A stretch of 63,503 bases of DNA, filler included, from Candidatus Woesearchaeota archaeon (GCA_003695265.1; 4 parts of 4 records of this genome joined end to end with filler, not necessarily neighbours in it), one strand, 5' to 3'. Counted from the first letter of the whole stretch, positions 47,388 to 57,693 are shown. Notes: generated by a model not told the origin, from the sequence alone. Made by a program: numbers and translations.

Positions 47388-49658
47388 ATGGTTGATAACA
47401 AGATCAAGAAAATAAGGAAGAGAAACAATGAGATAGTACCTTTTGAGCAGGAAAAAATAACAAACGCAATATTCAAGGCTGCCGAAGCAGTAGGAGGAAG
47501 AGACGAGGCAACGGCCAAAAGGCTTTCAGACCTTGTGGTTGCTGAGCTGAACAAAGTCTATGATGAGAAACACATACCTTCTGTTGAGGAAATCCAAGAC
47601 ACAGTAGAAAAAACCCTTATAGAAGAAGGCCACGCAAAAACAGCAAAGGCGTACATAATCTACAGGCAGGAAAGGAGAAGGATAAGAGAAGAGCAGAAAA
47701 AAATTCTTAACGGCCGCAAAACAAGCCTTCCATTCAGCATAAACGCACTGAAAGTGCTTGCAAAGCGCTACCTTCAAAAAGATGATGAAGGGAACATTAT
47801 TGAAATTCCTGAAGAAATGTTTATGCGCGTAGCAAAAACCCTTGCCGAAGCAGAGAAAAAATATGGCATGAAAGATTCTGAAATTAAGGCATTAACACAG
47901 CAATTCTATGAGGTAATGGCCAATTTTGAATTTGTTCCTGCAGGCAGGACTCTAACAAATGCCGGCGCGCCAACACCATTAGTTTCAAATTGTATAGTCC
48001 TCCATGCAGAAGACAGCATGGAAGGCATTTTCACAACATTGAAAGATGCATCACTGCTTCAGCAGGCAGGGTCAGGCCTCGGTTTTCCTTTCCACCTACT
48101 TAGGCCTGCAGGATTCAGGTGCAAAAGAAGCCAAGGATTTGCTTCTGGGCCCGTCTCATTCTTAAACGTTTACAACGAGGCATTCGGCGTTATAAAACAG
48201 CAGAACAGGCATGGCGCGAACATGTGCATTATGCGCGTTGATCACCCAGACATTCTTGAATTCATACACTGCAAAGACAAGGAAGGCGACCTAAGGAACT
48301 TCAACATATCGGTCGGCCTGACCAACGAGTTCATGGAGAAAGTTAAAAACAATGATCCTGAGCCATGGCTTTGCACATGGAATGGGAAAAAGTACAAGCC
48401 TAGGAGGATTTACAGGAAAGAACACTCAACAATAGTCGACATAAAAGAAGAGACAATGACTGCAAGAGAAATCTTTGAGGAGATAATAAATGCGGCGTGG
48501 CGAAACGGCGAGCCAGGATGCGTTTTCCTTGACAGGGTTAATGAAACAAACCCCTTGCCAGGACTTGGCAGAATAGAAGCCTGTAATCCGTGCGGAGAGC
48601 AATTCCTTCATGATGGTGATGTTTGTAATCTTGGAAGCATCAACCTGGAAAAGTTTGTGAAGGATGGGAAAATTGACTTTGAAAGGCTGAAGCAGGTCAC
48701 GAGGCTTGCTGTTAGAATGCTTGACAACGTAATCGACCAAACCGAATTCCCTGTTGAAAGGGTAAATAAAGTTTTCAGGAAAAACAGGCGTGTCGGCTTA
48801 GGAATAATGGGGTTTGCGGATATGCTCTACCTCCTTGGAATCCCATACAATTCTGAAGAAGGCTTTAAAACAGCAGAAAAAGTTATGAAAACAATAAATG
48901 AGGAAGCCCACCTAATGTCACAAGAGCTTGCCAAGGAAAAAGGAGAATTCCCTAACTGGGACAAGAGCATCTACAAGAAAAAAGGGATAAAAATGAGGAA
49001 CGCCGCCCTTACAACAATTGCGCCGACAGGCACTATCTCAATGATAATGGATGTTTCCGGCGGTGTTGAGCCATATTTCGCATTAGCCTACTATTACAAG
49101 GGAATCCTTGGGGGAGACACAGAACTCTACTATGTTAACAAGCACCTCAAAAAAGCCCTGATAGACGCGAACTGTTACAATGATGAAATAATGAAGCGCA
49201 TAATTGAGGAAGGAACCCTACAAAACATAAAGGAAATACCAGAGAAAATCAGGAAAGTCTTCGTGACAGCAATGGATATCTCGCCGGAGGACCATATTAG
49301 GATGCAAGCCTCCTTCCAAAAACACGTTGATAATAGCATCTCAAAAACTTGCAACTTCCCAAATAACGCAACAAAAGAGGATGTGCTTCAAGGCTACCTT
49401 CTCGCATGGAAGCTTAAATGCAAGGGGTGTACTGTTTACAGGGACGGCAGCAGGGAAGAACAGGTCCTCAACATAAAAAAATCCGAGAAAGTAGAAAAGT
49501 CTCCCAAAATCCGGCACTCAGAAGACGAGATAAACGGCTCTGTTACAAAAACAGAAGTAATGCAGACAAAGATATGTCCTGAATGCAAAAAAGAAGTTAT
49601 TGTGTCTGAAGGATGCTACACCTGCCCGAGCTGCGGCTCATCAGCGTGCTCATTATGA
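47388..49658 (+). CDS. nrdJ: Class II (adenosylcobalamin-dependent) ribonucleotide reductase with ATP cone
   Basis: N-terminal ATP cone; VSNC, ACNPCGEQ, CNLGSINL, TIAPTGT, TVYRDGSR and terminal CPEC/CPSC; ATG start at 47388. Confidence 0.94.
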   Translation: MVDNKIKKIRKRNNEIVPFEQEKITNAIFKAAEAVGGRDEATAKRLSDLVVAELNKVYDEKHIPSVEEIQDTVEKTLIEEGHAKTAKAYIIYRQERRRIREEQKKILNGRKTSLPFSINALKVLAKRYLQKDDEGNIIEIPEEMFMRVAKTLAEAEKKYGMKDSEIKALTQQFYEVMANFEFVPAGRTLTNAGAPTPLVSNCIVLHAEDSMEGIFTTLKDASLLQQAGSGLGFPFHLLRPAGFRCKRSQGFASGPVSFLNVYNEAFGVIKQQNRHGANMCIMRVDHPDILEFIHCKDKEGDLRNFNISVGLTNEFMEKVKNNDPEPWLCTWNGKKYKPRRIYRKEHSTIVDIKEETMTAREIFEEIINAAWRNGEPGCVFLDRVNETNPLPGLGRIEACNPCGEQFLHDGDVCNLGSINLEKFVKDGKIDFERLKQVTRLAVRMLDNVIDQTEFPVERVNKVFRKNRRVGLGIMGFADMLYLLGIPYNSEEGFKTAEKVMKTINEEAHLMSQELAKEKGEFPNWDKSIYKKKGIKMRNAALTTIAPTGTISMIMDVSGGVEPYFALAYYYKGILGGDTELYYVNKHLKKALIDANCYNDEIMKRIIEEGTLQNIKEIPEKIRKVFVTAMDISPEDHIRMQASFQKHVDNSISKTCNFPNNATKEDVLQGYLLAWKLKCKGCTVYRDGSREEQVLNIKKSEKVEKSPKIRHSEDEINGSVTKTEVMQTKICPECKKEVIVSEGCYTCPSCGSSACSL

Positions 49659-50173
49659 AAGGATTAATAATAATTTACACTGGCAATGGCAAGGGGAAAA
49701 CAACAGCAGCTTTGGGAGCAGCTATGAGGACATTGGCTTATGAAGGAAAAGTTGCTGTGATTCAGTTCATAAAGGAGAGGATGACAGGCGAGCTCAAGTT
49801 CTTGTCAAGCGTGAAAAAAGCAGAAGTATTGCAGATGGGCAAGGGTTTCTACAAATCACCCAATGATAGGAAAGACCCTGAAGTTCATAAGCGAGCAGCG
49901 CAAAAAGCATGGGAAAAAGCAAAAGAGCTCATAAGCTCAGAAGAATACAATCTTGTAATCCTTGACGAAATAAACTGCGCAATAGATTCCGGCCTGATAA
50001 AAACAGAAGATGTTGTGAGCTTCCTTAAAAAGAGAAACGCAACAAACATCATCCTAACAGGAAGAGGCGCTCCAAAAGAATTAATCAGTATTGCAGACCT
50101 TGTCACAGAAATGAGAGAAATCAAGCATCCTTTCAAAAAAGGCGTTCCTGCAAGAAAGGGAATAGACTTCTAA
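49655..50173 (+). CDS. btuR: Cob(I)alamin adenosyltransferase (CobA/BtuR family)
   Basis: YTGNGKGKTTAALG, QFIK, ILDEI, LTGR and KHPF..G..A.KGIDF; ATGA overlap with the nrdJ stop. Confidence 0.92.
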   Translation: MKGLIIIYTGNGKGKTTAALGAAMRTLAYEGKVAVIQFIKERMTGELKFLSSVKKAEVLQMGKGFYKSPNDRKDPEVHKRAAQKAWEKAKELISSEEYNLVILDEINCAIDSGLIKTEDVVSFLKKRNATNIILTGRGAPKELISIADLVTEMREIKHPFKKGVPARKGIDF

Positions 50174-50182
50174 AGGTTAAAC

Positions 50183-50274
50183 CAATTTTGTTTTGTTTGG
50201 AGATTACATTGCTTTGTCCCGCCCACACCACCTCTTTAACACTAAAACCAATCTCACTTAAGTTGACTTAACCA
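50183..50274. repeat. About 90-bp direct repeat, copy 1
   Basis: 43/50 ungapped identity with 53778-53827, plus 22/23 identity of 50252-50274 with 53843-53865. Confidence 0.85.
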
Positions 50275-50367
50275 CCTCTAAAAAAACTTATAAAAAAATT
50301 ATTAATTGCCACTCTTAAGTGATTATTTAAGAAAGTTTTATATATTTAATCATATTTTACTGCACTT

Positions 50368-51036
50368 ATGAGCAGGCACGAATTATCAGACACTGTTAAG
50401 AAAGAAGAAAAAAGCCTTATGCAGAGGCTTGGCAGCAAATTAACACTTGTGCTGGGCGCAGCAGCGCTAACAGCATTAACAACTTTCTCAGAGCCGGCAT
50501 TTGCTGGAAGGCCTTATAGAAGCTGCCGCAGGCCGCCTACTGGAAGAGCATTGCATATAAACAGGGGCTTTAGGCATGGCTTTGTGCAGTACAGAAACCC
50601 TATTGGGTCGAGGTATTCGCCCTCACTAAGAATAAGATGGTCTAACTCGTTCTGGTTTTGGCGCGACCAAAGAAGATACTTGGGACCCTCAACCCAAATA
50701 ATAATACCACACCGCCCAAGGCCGCCTGCTCCAGTAAGGAACACAATAGACATAACTGTTCGGGAAGCCACGATAATTGATTATCATTCCCACACAAACG
50801 GACCAGCTCCTGGAACTCCTCACATTCACGATGGTTACGACTGGCACGTCCATTACGTTGACAGGATTCATTATTTCATAAGAGACGGGGAGATTTTCCA
50901 CAGAGAAGAGCCTGGATTCATAGTAGTGTTCAAGCCAGACCCCAAAAAAGGCAACAGGTCATTATGGGGCTATTTTCATGGAAGATATGATGATCCTACA
51001 ATCCATCCTTCTTATCCTGACCACGGTCATAATTAA
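50368..51036 (+). CDS. Hypothetical exported Arg/Pro/His-rich protein
   Basis: 222-aa ORF with signal-like LVLGAAALTALTTFSEPAFA; TATA box about 25 nt upstream. Confidence 0.65.
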   Translation: MSRHELSDTVKKEEKSLMQRLGSKLTLVLGAAALTALTTFSEPAFAGRPYRSCRRPPTGRALHINRGFRHGFVQYRNPIGSRYSPSLRIRWSNSFWFWRDQRRYLGPSTQIIIPHRPRPPAPVRNTIDITVREATIIDYHSHTNGPAPGTPHIHDGYDWHVHYVDRIHYFIRDGEIFHREEPGFIVVFKPDPKKGNRSLWGYFHGRYDDPTIHPSYPDHGHN

Positions 51037-51090
51037 GGCTTGGAATTAAAAAAGTTTAAATTCTAAAAGCATAATCCCATTAATATAAAA

Positions 51091-53769
51091 GTGGTGGAGC
51101 CAATAAGATTTTATGATAAGAGCAGCGAAGAAGTCCTAAAACTGCTGAGGGTTCACAAGAACATAGGCTTGACAGCAGAGGAAGTGCAGAAAAGAAGGTC
51201 TGTTTACGGCCTGAATGAATTAAGGCAGGAGAAAAAGATAAGTCCCTTGCTAATTTTTTTAGGGCAGTTCAAAAGCTTCATAATTTACATCCTCTTATTC
51301 GCGCTCGCGGTTTCTGTTATTTCAGGAGAGTACATTGACGCAACAGTAATCCTTGCCATACTCTTAATCAACGCGGTTTTCGGCTTTATCCAAGAATACA
51401 AGGCTGAAAAGGCAATTGAGGAATTGAAAAAACTGACAGGATTAAAGGCCAATGTTATCAGGAGTGGCGCAATAGCCAGAATTGATGCTAAGGAACTCGT
51501 GCCGGGCGACATAATCCTAGTTGAGGAAGGGTCAAAAATAAGCGCTGACTGCAGGATTATTGAATCAAGCCTCTTGCAAGTTCAGGAAGCGTCGCTCACA
51601 GGAGAATCAGCGCCAGTTGAGAAAACACCTGACGCCCTGAAAGGAGACCTTGTAATAAACGACCAGAAAAACATGCTGTTTGCAGGCACAATAGTGACGC
51701 GCGGCAGGGCAAAAGCAGTAGTGGTAAAAACAGGGATGGAAACGCAAATAGGAAAAATAGCAGGCATGATCAGCAGCGTTGAAAAAGAAGCAACTCCTTT
51801 GCAGAAAAAGCTTGAGGTGCTTGGAAAGAGGATAAGCCTCATAACTATTATCATATGCGTGCTTGTTTTCACCGCAGGCATAATAAAAGACAAGATATCC
51901 CTCAGCGGAGGAATATTCAATTTTATTCTAGCATCAAAAGAATGGCTGTTGACAGCTGTTTCATTAGCAGTGGCTGCTGTTCCAGAAGGCCTGCCAGCCG
52001 TAGTCACAATAGCCCTTGCTATAGGAACAAAAAGAATGCTGAAGAGAAACGCGCTTGTAAGGAGGCTGCCGTGTGTCGAGGCTCTTGGAGAAGCAACAGT
52101 TATATGCACTGACAAGACAGGAACAATAACAAGGAATGAGATGACAGTAAGAGTTGCTTACACCAATGCAAAGCAGTTTGAGATCAGCGGAAACGGCTAT
52201 GAGCCAAAAGGAAAAATCACCTGCGCAGGCAACCCCATTGATGAGCAGAGCAAGCTATTATTCAAAATAGGTGTTCTGTGCAATAACGCGAGCCTCGAGT
52301 TTGACGGCTCAGAAGCAAGCATTATAGGCGACCCCACAGAAGCAGCTTTACTGGTGAGCGCTGAGAAAGCCGGCCTTCGCCATGACGAGCTGCTTGCAGA
52401 ATGGAAGCGCATCGATGAAAAGCCGTTTGACTCTGTCAGGAAAATGATGAGCACTGTCAACAAAGACCCTAAAACCTCAAAGGAATACGTTTTTGTAAAA
52501 GGAGCTCCTGAAAAAGTCCTGGAAAAATGCGACAGGATAATAATCAACAACAGAACAGCCAGGCTGACGCCTTCAAGCAGGAAAATAATATTAGAAAAGA
52601 ACAACGAGTTCTCACGAAAGGGTTTGCGCGTCCTGGGATTTGCTTATAAAGAATACAAAAAAGGAGACGAGCTTGAAAAAAACCTGGTTTTTGTTGGCTT
52701 GCAAGGAATGATTGACCCTCCGCACAAAGAGGTGAAGGAATCAATCAAGAGATGCAAAGAAGCAGGCATCCGCGTAATAATGATAACAGGCGACAACAGG
52801 CTAACCGCAGAGGCAATTGCAAAAGAAGTCGGCATCGAGGGCAAATCCATAGAGGGGTCTGAATTCCAAAAGCTAAGCGAGAGAGAAAAAATAAAAATTA
52901 TTGATGAAACAAACATTTTTGCGAGAGTCGAGCCGCAACACAAGATGCTCATAGTGGACTTGCTCCAAAAGAAGGGGGAAATCGTTGCCATGACCGGCGA
53001 CGGAGTTAATGATGCTCCTGCCCTGAAAAGCTCTGATTTAGGAATTGCGATGGGCATAAACGGCACAGACGTCACGAAAGAAGCCAGCGACATGATACTG
53101 CAGGACGACAATTTTGCAAGCATTGTGAACGCGGTTGAAGAAGGCCGCGGAATTTATGAGAACATAAAGAAATTTGTTAATTATTTGCTTTCAAGCAACA
53201 TCGCAGAAGTCCTAGTGATTTTCTTCGCAATCCTTTTCGGCTGGCCGTTGCCAATGACAGCTGTCATGCTGTTATGGCTTAACCTTGTTACTGACGGCCT
53301 GCCAGCGCTTGCCCTAAGCGTTGACCCTAATCCGCCGAACATTATGAAGCAGCCGCCAAGTAAGAAAATAAAAGGTGTTATGGGCAGGCAAATGTTTTTT
53401 CAGATAATCTCTGTTTCAATCCTCATAACAATAGGCACTCTCGCCCTGTTTTTCTGGAGTGGAAAGCAGGGCAAAGGAATTGGGTATATGCAGACAGTTG
53501 CCTTCACAGCACTAATAGTTATGGAATTGGTAAGGCTGCAGATGATAAGGTCAGGCCATAAGCTAAGTGTTTTCAGCAACAAATGGTTAATAATAGCTGT
53601 CATGCTGTCATTAGGGCTGCAGCTCTTAGTAATTTACACTCCATTAAAAGCGTTTTTTGGAACAACAACATTAGCGCTGCTTGACTGGGTCATGATTGTT
53701 GGTGCAAGCGCTGTTGTGTTTGTTTTGAGCATGACAGCTAATGCTTTATTCAATAAGATAAAGCAATAA
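51091..53769 (+). CDS. P-type IIA (Ca2+-type) cation-transporting ATPase
   Basis: LTGES, VPEGLP, DKTGT, KGAPE, TGDGVNDAPAL, SSNIAE and LNLVTDGLPA motifs. Confidence 0.95.
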   Translation: MVEPIRFYDKSSEEVLKLLRVHKNIGLTAEEVQKRRSVYGLNELRQEKKISPLLIFLGQFKSFIIYILLFALAVSVISGEYIDATVILAILLINAVFGFIQEYKAEKAIEELKKLTGLKANVIRSGAIARIDAKELVPGDIILVEEGSKISADCRIIESSLLQVQEASLTGESAPVEKTPDALKGDLVINDQKNMLFAGTIVTRGRAKAVVVKTGMETQIGKIAGMISSVEKEATPLQKKLEVLGKRISLITIIICVLVFTAGIIKDKISLSGGIFNFILASKEWLLTAVSLAVAAVPEGLPAVVTIALAIGTKRMLKRNALVRRLPCVEALGEATVICTDKTGTITRNEMTVRVAYTNAKQFEISGNGYEPKGKITCAGNPIDEQSKLLFKIGVLCNNASLEFDGSEASIIGDPTEAALLVSAEKAGLRHDELLAEWKRIDEKPFDSVRKMMSTVNKDPKTSKEYVFVKGAPEKVLEKCDRIIINNRTARLTPSSRKIILEKNNEFSRKGLRVLGFAYKEYKKGDELEKNLVFVGLQGMIDPPHKEVKESIKRCKEAGIRVIMITGDNRLTAEAIAKEVGIEGKSIEGSEFQKLSEREKIKIIDETNIFARVEPQHKMLIVDLLQKKGEIVAMTGDGVNDAPALKSSDLGIAMGINGTDVTKEASDMILQDDNFASIVNAVEEGRGIYENIKKFVNYLLSSNIAEVLVIFFAILFGWPLPMTAVMLLWLNLVTDGLPALALSVDPNPPNIMKQPPSKKIKGVMGRQMFFQIISVSILITIGTLALFFWSGKQGKGIGYMQTVAFTALIVMELVRLQMIRSGHKLSVFSNKWLIIAVMLSLGLQLLVIYTPLKAFFGTTTLALLDWVMIVGASAVVFVLSMTANALFNKIKQ

Positions 53770-53777
53770 GATAAAGT

Positions 53778-53865
53778 CAATTTTGTTGAGTTAGGAAATT
53801 ATAATGCTTAGTCCCGCCCACACCACCCAAGCATGAAAGCTTTCTCACTTAAGCTGACTTAACCA
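53778..53865. repeat. About 90-bp direct repeat, copy 2
   Basis: Shares GTCCCGCCCACACCACC and TCTCACTTAAGYTGACTTAACCA with 50183-50274. Confidence 0.85.
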
Positions 53866-53909
53866 ATCAATAATTAGTTTTTTATACTCAATCTTATTCC
53901 CAAACAATA

Positions 53910-54896
53910 ATGAAAAACCAAATAACAACTTCAGCACGAAAAAGCTTGGAAAAGCAGCAGTACAGGCTGGTTGGAAGCCACTCAGCTGTTAAGGTATGCC
54001 ACTGGACAAAAAGCATGATTCGCGGCAGGGGAGGCTGCTACAAGTTCAAGTTTTACGGAATCAGGTCGCACCAGTGCATGCAGATGACAACAAGCCTGTC
54101 ATGCGCGAACAGGTGCACTTTTTGCTGGCGAGACTACAAGGCGCCTGTCTCAAAAGAATGGAAATGGTCTATTGATGATCCTGAGTTTATCCTTTCCAAT
54201 TCATTAAAGGCTCATGAGAAACTACTCATAGGTTTCGGAGGCTATGATGACAGGAACGACAGGGCTTTCAAAGAGTCAAAGAACGTCAAGCATGTTGCTC
54301 TTTCCTTGACAGGAGAACCCATAATCTACCCAAAAATAAACGAGCTGATAAGGCTGTTCCACAAAAACAGGATATCAACTTTTCTAGTGACGAACGGCCA
54401 ATACCCAGAGCAGCTTAGAAACCTGGAAAGAGTCACCCAACTCTACATAAGCGTTGACGCTCCAAACAGGGAATTGCTGAAGGAGATTGACAAGCCGTTG
54501 TTCCACGATTACTGGGCGCGCCTGAGAAAAAGCCTTGAAATAATGGCGCAAAGAAAAGACCGCTCTGTCATAAGGATTACTGCAATAAAAGACCTTAACA
54601 TGTGCGATGAAGAAGGCTACGCTGAGCTAATAAGACTAGGCGACCCAGACTTCATAGAAGTTAAAGGCTACATGTACATCGGCGCCTCAATGAAAAGGCT
54701 GAAAAGGCAGAACATGCCAAACCACAAAGAAGTAAAGGAATGGAGCTCAAAGCTTTTGAAATACCTTCCTGATTATGAATTAGTTTCTGAGCACAAGCCG
54801 TCAATAGTCACACTTCTCGCGAAAAAGAAATTCAAGGGCAAAACACTCATTGACTTTGACAAGTTCTTCAAAGAAGTTATTACTAACAAGCCATAA
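53910..54896 (+). CDS. taw1: tRNA 4-demethylwyosine synthase (Taw1/TYW1, radical SAM)
   Basis: HSAVKVCHWTK, CYKFKFYGI.SH.C, CANRCTFCWR, SLTGEP and FLVTNG motifs. Confidence 0.95.
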   Translation: MKNQITTSARKSLEKQQYRLVGSHSAVKVCHWTKSMIRGRGGCYKFKFYGIRSHQCMQMTTSLSCANRCTFCWRDYKAPVSKEWKWSIDDPEFILSNSLKAHEKLLIGFGGYDDRNDRAFKESKNVKHVALSLTGEPIIYPKINELIRLFHKNRISTFLVTNGQYPEQLRNLERVTQLYISVDAPNRELLKEIDKPLFHDYWARLRKSLEIMAQRKDRSVIRITAIKDLNMCDEEGYAELIRLGDPDFIEVKGYMYIGASMKRLKRQNMPNHKEVKEWSSKLLKYLPDYELVSEHKPSIVTLLAKKKFKGKTLIDFDKFFKEVITNKP

Positions 54897-54981
54897 ATTT
54901 CTACATGCGCAAAAACGAAATTTTTAAATATACAGTTTCAAATAAGATACTTTTATAATAATTATTAGGGGGTGTTTTTTA

Positions 54982-56463
54982 ATGGCTGATAGAGCAAGAT
55001 GGTCTTCTAGGATGATATTTGTGTTTGCGGCAATAGGCTCTGCTGTTGGCTTAGGAAACGTGTGGCGCTTTCCTTACCTTGCTGGAAAATACGGCGGAGG
55101 CGCGTTCCTTATCCCTTACTTAATAGCTTTAATCATAATGGGTATTCCACTCCTAATACTTGAGTTCGCCTTAGGCCAAAAAATGCAGCGCGGCGCAGTG
55201 CACGCCTTCGCAGCAATAAAAAGGAAATTCATGGGCGTCGGCCTAATGGCAATATTCACCGGATTCACAGTAGTATCTTATTATGCTGTCGTAATGGCCT
55301 GGTCATTAATGTACCTATTTTACTCATTTACGCTGAAGTACGCCGGAGACACAAAAGACTTCTTCTTCAACAAAGCCCTGCAAATATCAAGCAGTATAGG
55401 CGAGATTGGGGGAATAAACCTCACAATCCTATTAACACTTGTCGTTATTTGGGTTTTAATCTATTTCTGCGTGTGGAAAGGCGTAAAGTCAGTCGGAAAA
55501 GTCGTTGTTGTGACCATGCCGCTGCCGGTAATTCTTATACTAATCCTTGTGCTGCGCGGCTTGACGCTTCCAAACTCTCTTGAAGGAATCATCTTTTACT
55601 TAAAGCCAAACTTTGCCGCTTTATTTGATACAGAGGTGTGGACTGCTGCGATGTCACAGATTTTCTTCACATTAAGCCTTGCTTTCGGCATAATGATAGC
55701 GTACGCCAGCTACATGAAAAAGGACTCTGACATAACAAAGAACGCAGTGATAACAAGCGTTGTGAACTCAGCAATATCAATAATAGCGGGCTTCGCTGTT
55801 TTCGGAACTCTTGGCTATATGGCATTCAAGCAGGCGGTACCCGTATCAGAGCTAGCAGCAGCAGGCCCAAGCCTGGCATTCATTGTTTATCCAAAAGCAA
55901 TCACAATGATACCAATGGCAGCATTATTTGGTGTGATATTCTTTGTAACGCTGCTCACACTTGCTATTGACAGCGCCTTCTCACTCGTGGAAGGAGTGAC
56001 CACAGTTGTTTCGGACGCTTGGCACAAAGCCTCAAGGCCCCTCGTGTCCTTAATCGTGTGCGCATTAGGATTCCTGGCCGGAATCATATTCACCACCAGG
56101 GCAGGCCTGTACTTCCTTGACGTAGTTGACCATTTCGCAACGAACTTCGGCCTTATCATAGTGGGTATACTAGAATGCATAGCTGTCGGCTGGGTTTTCG
56201 GAGCCGAGAAGCTGAGAAAATACATCAACGAGGTTTCTGACTACAAGATCGGCAAGTGGTGGAGCTTCTGCATAAAATACCTAATCCCAATACTGCTAAT
56301 TTACTTAATAGCAGTGCAGTTCGTTGCAGAAATGAAGGCCAACTATGAGGGCTACCCGAACTGGGCAATAGTTATTGGGTGGCTTGTCGTGCTTGTGCCT
56401 TTGGCAATATCATTTATTGTATCGTACTGGCCTGAAAAGAAAAAAGCAGTGGCTACTAGTTGA
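54982..56463 (+). CDS. NSS/SNF family sodium-dependent amino-acid transporter
   Basis: GSAVGLGNVWRFPYL...GGGAFLIPY, QIFFTLSL and GPSLAFIVYP motifs. Confidence 0.94.
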   Translation: MADRARWSSRMIFVFAAIGSAVGLGNVWRFPYLAGKYGGGAFLIPYLIALIIMGIPLLILEFALGQKMQRGAVHAFAAIKRKFMGVGLMAIFTGFTVVSYYAVVMAWSLMYLFYSFTLKYAGDTKDFFFNKALQISSSIGEIGGINLTILLTLVVIWVLIYFCVWKGVKSVGKVVVVTMPLPVILILILVLRGLTLPNSLEGIIFYLKPNFAALFDTEVWTAAMSQIFFTLSLAFGIMIAYASYMKKDSDITKNAVITSVVNSAISIIAGFAVFGTLGYMAFKQAVPVSELAAAGPSLAFIVYPKAITMIPMAALFGVIFFVTLLTLAIDSAFSLVEGVTTVVSDAWHKASRPLVSLIVCALGFLAGIIFTTRAGLYFLDVVDHFATNFGLIIVGILECIAVGWVFGAEKLRKYINEVSDYKIGKWWSFCIKYLIPILLIYLIAVQFVAEMKANYEGYPNWAIVIGWLVVLVPLAISFIVSYWPEKKKAVATS

Positions 56464-57055
56464 ACCTGGCGTAGGGGACAAGCGCCCTTGTGCGCTCCCT
56501 TATTTTTTCCTCAGGCTCAAAAGGGTATTTCACGTGCAGTATCTCATGAGTCTTTACTTCCTCATAATCAGCTCCGTGCAGCGTGTCAAGTATTTCTATG
56601 TACTTTGCAAATACAAAAGCCCTTCCGAGAACGTTCGGGCCTAGAACTGACTGTGGAACCCTCCTAATAGTAACTCCGTCCATGTCACTCGCGTAAAAAT
56701 AAGTTGCGGCTTCAGGTTTTTTCTTCGGCAATTCATAATAAATAAACCCGAACCTTTTATCATTCAGCGTGTACTTGTAAACGTAAATGTCAAGGCCCTC
56801 TTTGATTCTTTCAATCGTTTCTTCCCTCAGCTTTTCTATCAATTCTTCTGGCTCGTGTGTTGTTACTTCTATGGGTGGTTTTGCCTCAATTTCTTCGCCA
56901 AGAATATATTGCAAAAGGAGTCTTCTTATTTCATCAGGAGTTTCAAGTTCTGATAACAGAATTTCTTCCAATTCATCACTTTGTTTTTCATTTTCAACAG
57001 GCAAAGTGTATAATTCAAATTGTCTCGCAAATTCAACCAGATAATGCTGTTCCAT
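56456..57055 (-). CDS. Hypothetical protein with HExxH motif
   Basis: VLGRAF...EEVKTHEILH...E; probable start MEQHY at 57055. Confidence 0.65.
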   Translation of the reverse strand: MEQHYLVEFARQFELYTLPVENEKQSDELEEILLSELETPDEIRRLLLQYILGEEIEAKPPIEVTTHEPEELIEKLREETIERIKEGLDIYVYKYTLNDKRFGFIYYELPKKKPEAATYFYASDMDGVTIRRVPQSVLGPNVLGRAFVFAKYIEILDTLHGADYEEVKTHEILHVKYPFEPEEKIRERTRALVPYARFN

Positions 57056-57237
57056 AACATTCAGGATATTTTGATTTTTTATAAATTTTACACCCAAAAC
57101 TTTATATATCCCTTGTTTTTTCATTAAATGTATCAAGAGATAAGCAGGTCATGGCGCGCTTATCAAAAAAGTTTGGCGCGGCAAGGCTCGCTTATGCTGG
57201 AGATGAAATTCTCATCTCTCCTTGATGGAGGCGAAAA

Positions 57238-57693
57238 ATGGCAAGAATGCACTCAAGAAAAAAAGGAAAGAGCGGAAGCACAAAGCCCGACAAGAAGACC
57301 AAGCCAGCATGGATGAGGTACCAGCCTAAAGAAATTGAATTATTAGTTGTGAAGCTTGCAAAGGAAGGAAAGACAGCCTCTGAGATAGGCATAACATTAA
57401 GAGATGTTTACGGTATTCCAAGCGTTAAGGCAGTTACTGGAAAACACGTTTCTGATATTCTAAAGGCAAAAGGCCTTCTTAAGGAAATACCTGATGATTT
57501 GATGGCACTAATAAGAAAGAACGTCATGATAAAGAAACATTTAGAAACAAACTTCAAAGACATGCCTGCAAAAAGAGGCCTGCAGCTGACAGAATCAAAG
57601 ATTAAAAGGCTTGTGAAATATTACAAGAAGAACGGAAAGCTTGACCCTAACTGGAAGTACGATCCTGAGAAAATTAAGGTTATAGTGGAATAA
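57238..57693 (+). CDS. rps15: 30S ribosomal protein uS15 (archaeal S15/S13e)
   Basis: MARMHSRKKGKSGS, IGITLRDVYGIP and KRGLQLTESKIKRLVKYYK. Confidence 0.97.
   Translation: MARMHSRKKGKSGSTKPDKKTKPAWMRYQPKEIELLVVKLAKEGKTASEIGITLRDVYGIPSVKAVTGKHVSDILKAKGLLKEIPDDLMALIRKNVMIKKHLETNFKDMPAKRGLQLTESKIKRLVKYYKKNGKLDPNWKYDPEKIKVIVE

Noticed and set aside
47388..49658. Intein or intron in nrdJ (also checked topA)
   Set aside because: Length and motif spacing are normal; no intein boundary motifs.
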